From the NCBI GenBank assembly GCA_001818155.1, contig MHJU01000036.1:3615-67614 (forward strand): DNA of 64,000 bases, written 5' to 3'. The notes under the pieces are model-generated. The model made no database searches, had not been told where the DNA came from, and was given only the letters and a program-made list of their open reading frames with translations. The translations under genes were made by a program, and so were the position numbers. The stretch is from Candidatus Jacksonbacteria bacterium RIFCSPLOWO2_02_FULL_44_20 (lineage in GTDB: Bacteria > Patescibacteriota > Patescibacteriia > UBA9629). Of the stretch, positions 50,634 to 62,200 are shown piece after piece. Within the stretch, counting starts at the first letter, position 1, and each line of letters opens with the position of its first letter.

Positions 50634-52817
50634 ATGTCAATGCCAAAAACATTATCATCGCAATCTGTCAAACGTTATATTGTGCACGCCGTGTTTATTA
50701 TCGGCGTTTTATTTTTTCTTGGCGCCGGATGCGGCGAAATAATTTCTGAATTGCCGCCGAAGCCAGTTTCTCCAAGATCTGTTGAACCAGTGAATGCGCG
50801 AGAGACGATTCTAAAAGAACTCCGCGCGCAATCGGAAATCAAGAGATTCGCAAACACTAAAGAACTCCGCGCGTTTCTGGAAGAGCGCGTAGAAGAGCGC
50901 GGCTATGGATATAGACAAATGATGACAGGAGACATTTCTGTCATGAAATCGGATTTTACAGAATCAGCGCCGAGCGCAACGCCATCGCAGGCGGCTACCG
51001 ATTACTCCCGCACGAACATTCAGGTTGAAGGCGTTGACGAGGGCGACATCGTAAAAACAGACGGCGAATATATTTATACAATTAGCGAGAACTCGGTTGT
51101 GATTATGAAAGCATATCCAGCAGATAGCGCCGAAGTTTCATCGCGAATTACATTTGACTCACCTCCGCAAGGGTTTTATATCACCGGCGATCGGCTTATC
51201 GTATACGGCTACGACAATCGCGTGTACGCGGCAGAACAAAAAGTAGGAGCAGGAATTGCGGTTATGCCTGGCCCGATTATTCGCCCCGGTTCAGCATTCG
51301 CCTTTGTCCGTATTTTTGACATCAGCGATCGGCGGAATCCGAAAGAGGCGCGCAATTTCTCATTTGAAGGCAATTATACCAATTCTCGCATGATCGGCGA
51401 TTATCTGTATTTTGTTACAACATCGTATAATAATATATATGGCATTTCTGACGACGAGTCGCCTTTGCCGCTTCTCTTGGAAAGAGGAACTCCGATTTCT
51501 ATGGAAGATGAAAACGCGCCAAACGCGTATTATTTTGATTTTCCATATCAATCGTATCAGTTTACAGCTGTTTCTGCTATTAATGTTATGGATAACTCTG
51601 TATCTATAACGCGCGAGGTATATCTGCTTGACTCCGCGCAGACAATGTATGTGTCGCCGCAAAATTTGTATCTTACTTACACTAAATACTTGAATGAATA
51701 CGATGTGCGCATGGATATCGCGCGGGAATTAGTCGCTCCTCGTTTGAACGACAGAGACAAAGAGAGAATTCAAAAAATTGAAGCCGCGGATTCCGCGGTG
51801 CTCTCCAAAGAGGAAAAACTGCAAAAGATTGACGCGATTATTCAACGATACATCGCGCGGCTTCCTGAGACAGAGCAAAATGCGTTGAACCATGAGATTA
51901 CGAGAGTCGTAAAAGAGACGTATCAAAACATAGCCCGTGAGCTTGAAAAAACAGTTATTCATAAAATCGGGCTCAACGGAAGCGAATTGAAATATCAGAC
52001 ATTCGGCGAAGTTCCGGGCGCGGTGCTCAATCAATTTTCAATGGACGAGAACGGCGGATATTTTAGAATCGCCACAACGAAAAATCGTTCATGGTCTATA
52101 TTTTTGGATGAAAATTCTTTGGAGCGGGACTCTTACAGCAATCTTTATATTCTGGATTCCGGTCTCAAAACAGTCGGCTCAATTGAGGGTTTAGCGAGAG
52201 GAGAGCGAATTTACTCGGCTCGCTTTATGCAGGGGCGCGCGTATCTCGTTACGTTTAAGCAAACCGACCCGCTTTTTGTGATTGACGTCAGTGAACCAAC
52301 AGCCCCGCGCGTATTGGGAGAGTTGAAAATTCCAGGTTTTTCGCAGTACCTTCATCCGTATGACGATACTACGCTCATCGGTTTTGGGCGCGATACAGAA
52401 GCGCGTCCGGATGGCGGTGTTGTTCAGAAAGGATTGAAATTGTCGCTTTTTGATGTGTCCGACGTTTCAGCGCCGAGGGAGATTGATTCGTATCTGTGGC
52501 AGAGTTCGAGAACGTACTCCATTGCGCTTAATGATCATCACGCCTTTCTTTTTTCTCGCGACAAAAATTTGCTAGTTATTCCTTTTGAGGATTATGAAAC
52601 GATTGCCAGACCTGAATTTTCGCGCGGCGCCTTGGTTTTTTCTCTGACAAAAGACGGTTTTTCTTTCAAAGCAAACATTTCTCACGGCAGTGATTACAAT
52701 TCGGCAATCGTTCGCGCGCTTTATATCGGAGACAACCTGTATGCTCTTTCTGGCGCGTATGCTACAATACACGCGCTTGTGGATATACGCGAATTGGAAC
52801 GTATCGGGCTTCAATAA
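50634..52817 (+). CDS. Lipoprotein of 727 aa, probably a secreted beta-propeller-domain protein.
   Basis: Signal peptide with lipobox LFFLGAGC. The C-terminal half (YSARFMQGRAYLVTFKQTDPLFVIDVSEPTAPRVLGELKIPGFSQYLHPYDDTTLIGFGRD) resembles the archaeal/Firmicutes beta-propeller domain family (PF09826-like). Confidence 0.45.
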   Translation: MSMPKTLSSQSVKRYIVHAVFIIGVLFFLGAGCGEIISELPPKPVSPRSVEPVNARETILKELRAQSEIKRFANTKELRAFLEERVEERGYGYRQMMTGDISVMKSDFTESAPSATPSQAATDYSRTNIQVEGVDEGDIVKTDGEYIYTISENSVVIMKAYPADSAEVSSRITFDSPPQGFYITGDRLIVYGYDNRVYAAEQKVGAGIAVMPGPIIRPGSAFAFVRIFDISDRRNPKEARNFSFEGNYTNSRMIGDYLYFVTTSYNNIYGISDDESPLPLLLERGTPISMEDENAPNAYYFDFPYQSYQFTAVSAINVMDNSVSITREVYLLDSAQTMYVSPQNLYLTYTKYLNEYDVRMDIARELVAPRLNDRDKERIQKIEAADSAVLSKEEKLQKIDAIIQRYIARLPETEQNALNHEITRVVKETYQNIARELEKTVIHKIGLNGSELKYQTFGEVPGAVLNQFSMDENGGYFRIATTKNRSWSIFLDENSLERDSYSNLYILDSGLKTVGSIEGLARGERIYSARFMQGRAYLVTFKQTDPLFVIDVSEPTAPRVLGELKIPGFSQYLHPYDDTTLIGFGRDTEARPDGGVVQKGLKLSLFDVSDVSAPREIDSYLWQSSRTYSIALNDHHAFLFSRDKNLLVIPFEDYETIARPEFSRGALVFSLTKDGFSFKANISHGSDYNSAIVRALYIGDNLYALSGAYATIHALVDIRELERIGLQ

Positions 52818-52820
52818 ATT

Positions 52821-53210
52821 TTGAAAATTTTTATGGGAGGGAACACGATAAAAATTCTTCTTGTTGATGATGAAAAGTTTATTTTAAAGATGTATCAGAT
52901 GAAATTGGAGCGAGACGGATATATTGTTTTTACCGCTCAAAACGGGAAAGACGCTGTTTCGCGGGCAAAAGAGGAGCGCCCGGACATTATTTTTCTTGAT
53001 ATCGTGATGGGAAACATGGATGGGTTCGGGGCGTTGAAAGAACTCAAAAAAGATGCGGCCACAAAGGAAGTGCCGGTTTTTATGCTCACAAATATAGTTT
53101 CAGACAGAGATAAAAAAGAGGCGTTGAGCCTTGGCGCGGCTGGATATTATATTAAAACAGACACCGAGCCTTCTGATCTTGCGCGTATAGTGGAAAAATT
53201 CTTAAAATAA
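52821..53210 (+). CDS. Single-domain response regulator (CheY-like receiver)
   Basis: KILLVDDEKFILKMY, a phospho-acceptor D in IIFLDIVMGNMDG, T in FMLT, and K in YYIKT. Confidence 0.75.
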   Translation: MKIFMGGNTIKILLVDDEKFILKMYQMKLERDGYIVFTAQNGKDAVSRAKEERPDIIFLDIVMGNMDGFGALKELKKDAATKEVPVFMLTNIVSDRDKKEALSLGAAGYYIKTDTEPSDLARIVEKFLK

Positions 53211-53231
53211 TTTCTTCGTACTGCCCACAGT

Positions 53232-56200
53232 ATGAAACAGTTTCGCAAAGCCATAGTACTTACTCTTTTGATTGGATTAATTTTCCAACAGTTTTTTTTA
53301 TTGCCTCAAGCGCTTTTAGCGCAAGAATCCCCGGCGCCGGAAATTTCATCTGAACCGGATCAGACGCAACTCACTCCAGCTGAAGCGCAGGAATCGGAGC
53401 AACCAGAGGCTCCTCCTGTAGAAACCGAGCCACAGGTGGAACCAGCGCCGGAATCCGAGCCGACTGTGGAAGTAGCGGAGCCATCGGAACAAAGAGAATC
53501 AACGGAGCAGACAGAGCCGCAAACTGTTCCGGAAGAACAAACAGTTGAGGAGCCTGTTCTACCAGTCGCAGAGGAAGATCAAGTATCTACTGAACCAATC
53601 CCGACAGAACCGGAGCCTCAAATTATTGAGGATCTCTCATCAATCGGAGCAAAAGAAGGACTTGCGGGAGAAAGCGAGCCACAGACAATCACTGTTTTGC
53701 AGGAGGACGAAAATATAACAGTTGTAGGAAAAATAGCCGGGGAAACGGTTGCGCAATCAAACCGCGAAGGTCTTGGTATTTTGAAAGGCGATATTGCCGG
53801 CCGCCCTGAAGAGGTGTTTTTCTTTGAGGAACAGGGTGTAAAAAAACAGGTGGTTGATCTTTCAGAACTTATTAAAAAAGAACAAGCGCCTGCTCCTGAA
53901 ACGCCAAGCGCGGGAGAGATAAGCGACAGCGCCGTTACAAAGGGCGGCGAGGGAATTGTTTTGGAAGAGGTTGTAAAACGCGAAGAGAGCGGGAACGCGG
54001 TTTCCGTGAACGTTGAAGATATTACAGTCGTAAAAAAAGAGGAAGGATTTTTTCAAAAATTGTCTGATACTATTTTTGGCGGTAAAAAAGATAACCCAAA
54101 AGAAGAGCGCGTACAGCTTGAGGTTACAAGCAATGGAGAAGTTAAGCTCATTTCAGCTGAAAATGTTGAGGGCGATGAAAAACTGGAAATTGAGTATTCG
54201 TACGGATCGTACACAAAATCATTTGAAGTTTCGTTTGTTCCGATGACTCTTGACGCGCCCTTTACAGTGTCCGAGTTCAGCGAAGGCGAGCTTGAGAAAG
54301 CCGTCAATCGCGTTTTAGATGTGGAGGCGGAAGCTCCCGAGCCGTTGCAATCGGAAGCGATAGAGCCGCAAACATCCGAACCGCCGGTTGAAACGATTCC
54401 AGTCATAGAACCGATAGAACCGACAGTGTCTGAAATTATTCCAGAGCAATCTCCTGAAACTGTTCCTCTTATTACAGAACCTGTAGAGCCGCCTGTTTCA
54501 GAGCCAACTCCGCCTATAGAAGATGTGATTGAATCACAACCAGCGGTTGCTCCGTCCGAGGAGCCGCATGTAACTTCTGAAACTGTACAGTCCGCGCCTC
54601 CGGAAGATGAGGTGATTGTGCCGGTAGAGCTTCCGGAAGAAGGCGCAGTTCAAGGAGCGCGAGTTCAAAATTTTGATACCGGTGAAGGCACGGGAATCGT
54701 CAACCGCATTAAGCGATTTTTCCAGAGTTTTCTCTTTGGAGCCGCACCGGCACGCGCTCAAAACGGCATGCAAACAGTGCAGACATTTCAGGTAAAACTG
54801 AAAACCGCGACTGTTAAAGGCGAACAAACGTTTCAAATTTTACCAAACGGACTCGTGTATCTCTATCACGGTTCATCTATTGAAGCGATCTCGCGTCCCC
54901 GATTTCAGTATCAGGGAACTAGCGGCTGGAATGATTTTGCAATCACCAACGCCTCGCAAGGAACGCAGACAACTGGCGCTACCGCAACGCATCTTATCCA
55001 ATATACAACGTCCGAAGGAGATATTATCACCTTGAAGTATGATTTCGGACTTCAAAATAATCAGATTTTCAAAAAACAAACATGGACGATTTCCGGCGAC
55101 AAAACCGTGCGCGTTTTATGGGAGACGTTGTTTCGCGCCGGTTCTTTTGCCCAGAAAGAGCTCGCGGTTTCTACCCTAAATGAGAGCGGATCCCGCACAC
55201 GGCTCTACGGCGACATTGTGATTGACACGTCTGACTATAAAGGAAACGTCGCGATTGAAGAGGACAAACCGGCAAATATTGTCCGCGTGTATTTTGAAAA
55301 AGACGGGGCGCAAGCGCCGCTTACGATTGATCCCAGTTTTTCGGTTGTAACAGGAGATCAGTTTATTGAAGTTGTGACGCCGGATTTCCAGTCGCCGGGT
55401 TCAGCGACGGGTTGGAAAATTCGCTTTAATCGCTTAAAAGGCGGCGGCATAGATCAGTATTTTAGCAATTCCCTGAACAATGGGGGAACAAATATCTCTT
55501 CATCAACAAAGCCTATTTTCAACATCGTATATACGAGCAACATTTTCAAAGATCTTTCACAAACGCAAGCGTACAGTATGCAGGTGATTGAGCGTGGCGC
55601 AACTCGTTTGCGGGTGCGGGCGCTCGCAAATCTCGGAAACGATGCGCTCACTATAACATATACAGTTTATTTAGCCGGGCAGATTTTTATAGACATTCAG
55701 AACGTTCTTGAAGACGGCTCTATTGCCGGGCAAAACGGCGTGTTTCAACTCAATCAATCTTATGCGGGGTACCAGCAAGGATACGACATAACCGACGCCG
55801 CGCATAATGCGGTTGCGATAGACTCCATAGAAGCCGACACCGCGCTTGTTCCGTTTGTCGCAAGCGATGTCGCCGGAGTTGCGACCAATGTAAGTGAAGA
55901 AGAAGAGGATTATATTCAGGTTGCGCTCGGCACCGCGATAAACGCGATGTACGCAAACGGAAACACCGCGACGAACCAGTTTCTCTTGTCGCTCACCCCT
56001 CCTTACGAAGGAGGGGCTGGGGGAGGTTTAGCTTTAGCCGCCCTCGCCGCCGACTACCAATCCCCGGACTCCCTTACACCATTCACCATCGGCGCGTATC
56101 AAGGGTATAACAATAAAGAAGGCGCGTATGAGATGACGGCAATAGAAGATAAAATTAAGTTTCAGATGAATGGGGCTGATACGCCGCGTTTTTACCCGAT

Positions 56201-59200
56201 TTTTAAGATTGCCAATTGGCAGAACGCGAACCTCGCCGCTGTGTACGCGGAACTTGACAACGGAGAAATTAAGCAGGATTTGGATTATATTCTCACTTTT
56301 GTAAACGGAGACCCAAACACGCACACGTTAATTTTCCAATATCTTGAGCCCTTAACCGACGCGCGGACGTTTTACATAGACCCGACATGCACGTCAAACG
56401 CGACCGGAAACTGGTCAGCGGCCGGCACATGGCAGAGCTGTGATCCGAATACCACTGACAGTGTAACGATAGCAAGCGGGCATGTTGTAACGATGAATCA
56501 GGACGTAACCGTTGACACTATTTATATCCAGCAGGGAACATTGAAGTTTGATACTACTGCGCGGACGCTTACAGTTAATGAGGACGGGGTAAGCAATACC
56601 GGGTTAATTCAGGTGGGCAATGCGGCCGGAAGTAACGATGCTACTTTTGAGTGCACTGGGCCAACAAGCGGCGTGCATACCATTAAGCTCGTTACTAACG
56701 CCGGCACCAACCCAAGCGTCGGCATAGAAGTTGAAACCGACGGACTTTTGAATATCCAAGGCACATCGTCTGCAAACCAAAACTGCGTTGTTAAAAACGA
56801 CGGCGTAACCACCGACGGCACCAAAAACGGCTACATCTACCTCAAAGACGGCTCCGAGACGCTTATTAAAAACGCGGAGATTTCTTATTTAGGGACAAAC
56901 GCAACTACAAAATACGGAATATCCGCGGTGGACGTTGACGGCAACACGAGCGGAGAAGGTTTGATTATTGAGGGTTCGAACGTTCACAATAACTACATCG
57001 GGCTTGCATTTGAAAGCGGGAGCACATATCTTGCCGCCAACCGCAATGTGTTTCGTTTAAGTTCCGACGACGCTATTAAAAGCCTTGCCACAACAGATGA
57101 TTTTAATATAATCACAAATAACGATATTTACTCAAACACAGGAGATGGAATAGACGTAGCCGGGGATGCTTGGACAATGTATGGAAATGCCGTTAATGGA
57201 AACGTGATCGGGATTGCTGTGTCAGGCGGCCCGAACTATATTTATAATAATACACTTAATGGCAACTCAAACGACGGCATAGCAGTAACTGGCGGAACCG
57301 GCACAGTGATTAAGAATAATCTTATTACGATTAACAGCGCTGAAGGAATTGATAACGACGGCACTTCAACAACAATCTCCACAAATTACTATTACAATAA
57401 TACAACCGCTACCTGCACAACCGCAGGCGCCGCGTGCGGAGACACAACCGCAACAGGCTCCGGCACAATTCCAAACTACGTCTCCACAACTGGCGGGAAT
57501 GCAGATTTTCTCTACGTCTCCTCGGACTCCGCCGCGCTTGGGCCCGGGCTAAACATTTTTGCAGACACAGCGCCAGGCACAGTAAACGTGGGCGGACGGC
57601 TTGATTACGTTAAAAACACAACCGACAACGAAGAGTTTAACTGGCTCCAGCAGGCGCACGACGATTCCTCGCTTGGCGCAGGGGATACGGTTACCGCGTA
57701 TGCGGTGAATGTCGCCTCGGACACCGTCGCGGGAAATATAACAGAAGTCAGCTCCATCGCCTCCACATATTACACAGTAAGATTTGACGTCGCCGAGGCC
57801 ACGGTTGTCGCAGACAACGACCACGAAGGATTTTACGCCTACTTCACTTCCGGCGCAAATCGCGGCAGGTATTACCTCATAACCGACTCCGATGAAAACA
57901 CCACCGACACCCTCACTGTTTTAAGCGAACAAGCCGCAACCACCTTCACCGCCGGCGACGGGTTTACGGTGGTGGATCGGGTGTATGCGAGGGCGGGAGG
58001 GGGCGCAAACTGTACCGGGAATACCGCAAATCTGTGTCTTCTCGCAGACGGCGGAGCGTCTACGCTAATTACCTGGAATACAAATGGCACAGTTATTGTT
58101 GACGCTCAAAATACACGCACATACGGGATATACTTAAACCGTTCTAACCATGTGCGGCTTGATGGATTTATTGTTCAAAATGCTGTTACTCATGGTATTA
58201 GCGGAAATACAGCCACAACCCCTGTACACCTTGCGAATATTGTGGCCGCTTATAACACGAGGGACGGTGTTAGTGTTAGTTGGAATGGGTGGGTGATGAG
58301 CGATACGATAACTTTCAGCAATGGATGGGCGGGCATAGGAAGCGCGGCGGGCGACTTTGACAGTTCGTATGTTATCAACCCAGTGAGTTTTCGTAATTCA
58401 CAAAATGGAATTTCCAACGGACAGGGACCGAATAACACAGTGGTCGGAGCAAAGTTGTTCGGCAATACTTCAAATGGGTGGATTGTTGATAAAAATTCAG
58501 GCGGAACCAGTATAAAGAACTCATTCGTATTCTCAAACCCCAATAACATTAAATTTTCTGATTGGGCGAGCAACACAAACAATAAAGTTGTCAATAATAC
58601 GGTTGTTGGCGGGGCGACTGACGGTATTTTCATTGTCGCCTCAATGCCCGCGGCAGTAATACGGAATAATGTCATTGCGTATAATGCCCAAGATGGGTTG
58701 GATGATGATAGCGGAGCTACTTCGGAGACATACAATTATTTCTATGGCAATGGGGAGAACATAGATGGAGGCGGCGCCATAGGCACTGGGTCTCTTTCCG
58801 TCACCGACCCCGGGTTTTACAGCGAGGTGTCTGCTGTTGTGCTTGCCGCCGGGGCAACCACGACTACGGTTGATGTAACCGGCACGCAGGCGTGGACGGA
58901 AAACCAGTGGGTTGGAGCGGGGCTGACATTCACCGGCGGGAGTTGCAACATCGCGGCAAACACCTGGTTTGGGATTACATCAAATTCCAAAGAGATGCTG
59001 TTTTTCGCTCCAGCCGCATCAGCCGTGCCAAACACAAGTTGTACAGGAGTAATTACAAACTTCTACATCGCAAACACCACCTCCGCGACCACGCCCTTAG
59101 GCCAAGGCGCACGCCACGACGGCGCAACCGAGCCCGGCACCGTAAACATGGGCGCGCGGCTGGGGTATGTATTAAATGACGACCAAGCAAGCGCCGACAT

Positions 59201-62200
59201 CAAGCACAATTGGTTACAAGACGCCCACGACCACGCGAATGTAAACGCCGGAGATACGATCACAACTTACACGGTAAACGAGGTTTCAGACACGCTCGGC
59301 TCAACCCTTACCGACAACGGGCCCTATCTTACTCTTGACGCCGCAACCTCAACAACCATTGCCGCGGCAGACGATTACATCGGCTTTTATATGTACATGA
59401 CCTCTGGAACAAACAGAGGAAAGTATTATCTGATAATTGATTCCACGACAGGTACCCCCGACACAATCTCCATCGCCGCGACCGACGGCACCTCGCTTAA
59501 CACGACCGGCTTCAACCCCGGCGATGGGTTTACGATTGTGGATCGGGTGTATGCGAGGGATTCTGGCGAGTCAACAAACTGTACCGGAACCGAGAATTTA
59601 TGTCTTTCAAAAGCAGGCAACTCAAACGGCACTGCGCCTATTACATGGACTACTTCTGGCGCTGTGGTTATTGATTCTGCCGGAGTGCGAAGTTACAGCA
59701 TAGATATTGCCGGCGCGGACTACAATATAGTAAACGGTTTTACGGTTATCGGCGGACTTTTAGACGGCATTCGGCTTACGAATGTAAACAACAGCAGGTA
59801 TGCTAATTTAACCGTTGCGAGAAATACTGGAATGGGCATTAACGACGGCGCGGGCAATCAAGATAATTTATTTGAAACAAACACGGTATTTTCAAACACA
59901 AGCCATGGAATAGGCGGTATCAATCAATCTTTTGTAAACGGCAATACGGTGTACGGAAACTCTGGACGGGGGATTGATGTAAGTGGGACGAGCGCGGTGT
60001 ATAATAATAATCTTTACGCAAACGCGGATAGCGTATTTATGGCCGGCGCGGACAACACGATTCGCGGAAATAAGATTTTGCGAGACACGCAAAGCGGAAT
60101 AGTTTTTTCAGGGAGCGCAACATCAAGCGCTATTACGAATAACCTTTTGCTTGCTAATACCACAAACGGAATTGCCGCAAGTTCGTATTCCGGAAGCAAT
60201 AATGCTATTCGCAATAATATCATCACCAATACCGGTACGGGCATCAATCTATCCCTTCACGCGACCGATGTTTCTAATTTTAATTATTTTTACAGTAATA
60301 CAACGAATGTTGTCGGCGGTGAAGGGGCGCAATCACTTCCCGCAAGCGGCGGGGCTGGAGGAACTGATCCGAATTATAGTTTTGATGTTTCCGCGACAAA
60401 TGTTACCGCGGGGTCAACCGGTGAGATAGATTTAACAGGCACTCAAAACTGGACTGCCAATCAATGGGCAGGGTATGGTTTAACTTTTATTGACGGCACG
60501 AGCGTGTGCGATTCAGATGTCAAAAATAAATGGTTTGGCATTACCGCAAACGGAGCCGAATGGATTGCGTACTCGCCAACGCCTGCTGATGCTTCCACCA
60601 TTACTAATTGCGCGGCAAAGATTACTAATTTTGCGCTTCCTTCCGTCTCTACCACCACGCCTTTGGGGGGCGGGGCAAACCATGCGGGCACAGCGGCGAA
60701 AGTGAATATGGGGACGCGGCTTGAGTATGTTGAGAACAGCGACGGCACGCGAAATAACGGAATTCAAAACGCCAATGACGCGGGCGCGACAGGCGCGGGA
60801 GACACCTTAACCGTGTACGCGGTTGACGAAGTAACAAGCGGCACGGTTTTTTCCGCCGCGGACAGCGGGCCTTATGTTACCCTTACGCTCTCAACAGACA
60901 GCATCGCCGCAAACGATGACTATATCGGCATGTATATGTATATGACGAGCGGCACAAATGCGAGCAAGTACTATCTGATCATTGATTCGGCAACAGTTGC
61001 AGGACCAGCCGACACAATCGCAATTAACACTTCTGCAACTACCGGCTTTGCCGCAAGCGATACGTTTAATATAATAGACCGCGTGTACAGCACAACCGGC
61101 TATACGTCTGGCGCCACAACAGCAAACGCGCGTTTCACCAAAGACGGCTCATCTGGAAGCCCAATCACATGGAATGCGGTTGCAAGTAACACAGTTTTGA
61201 TAGACGCATCAGGGAAGACATACGGTTTTTACGGCGATACAGACGGTACAAACGGGCTAAAATATAACAATTTTCAGACCGCCGGCACATTCACTTTCTT
61301 AAACGTCTCAAACGGCGCGAACCTGTATCAAGGCGGATTTGGGTTTAATACCACGAGCGTTGTTCACGATCACATTAACTGGGGAGGCGCAACTGACGCA
61401 AGCACTATTTTTACAGGCCAGTATATTTCAAAAATAATTGATATGACGCAGGCGGATCCGGTGTATGGAAATTTGGTGTGGACGCAGAACGCAACAGCCG
61501 GCACGAGCGACGTTGTTATGCATACAAGAAGTACGGACACCGCAAACGGAAGCGACATCGGCACAAAAACGTTTGTAGGTCCTGACGGAACCGCAAACAC
61601 TTCGTATTCCACCGAAACCGGCGAGGCCATCGCGGATGCGCATAACACGCATCAATATTTCCAGTATCGCGCCACACTCACCACAACCTCAAGCAATACG
61701 CTTCCGGAACTCACCTCGACAAGCGTGAGCCAGGAAGCAGAATTAACATCCTCTCCTTTTAACACGCAGGCCGCGGAAACATTGTTTAACGATGTTGTCT
61801 GGACAGAATCCGACGGCGCAAGCGGCACCATTCCATCCGGCACAGACGTTCGCATTCAGGTTCGTAGCGCGCCGGATTCAAGCGGGGCCCCTGGCACATG
61901 GACATCGTGGTGCGGGCCAAACGACGGAGTCTCGGGAAGCTGTACTTCAACAACTTACTTTACGGACTCAACCGGCGCGACCGAGGCACTTGACGATATT
62001 TTGATTGACGCGACAAGCGATCAGTGGATTCAGTATAAAATTTTATTTATCCAGCCCTCAACAAATAAGCCATATTTGAATGATATTACCTTGCAATACG
62101 TTGTAAACACCGCTCCAACGGTCAGTGTTACGTCCGCCTCGCAAGGATCGGACGGCGTCGTAACGGTTGCGTATTCGCTTTCTGACTCGGAAGAGCAGGG

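Noticed and set aside
57960-59630. Possible diversity-generating retroelement VR/TR pair (similar about 100-bp segments at about 57960 and about 59520)
   Set aside because: The differences are not restricted to adenines, both copies are in-frame parts of a larger triplicated module, and no reverse transcriptase or Avd gene is present in the window.
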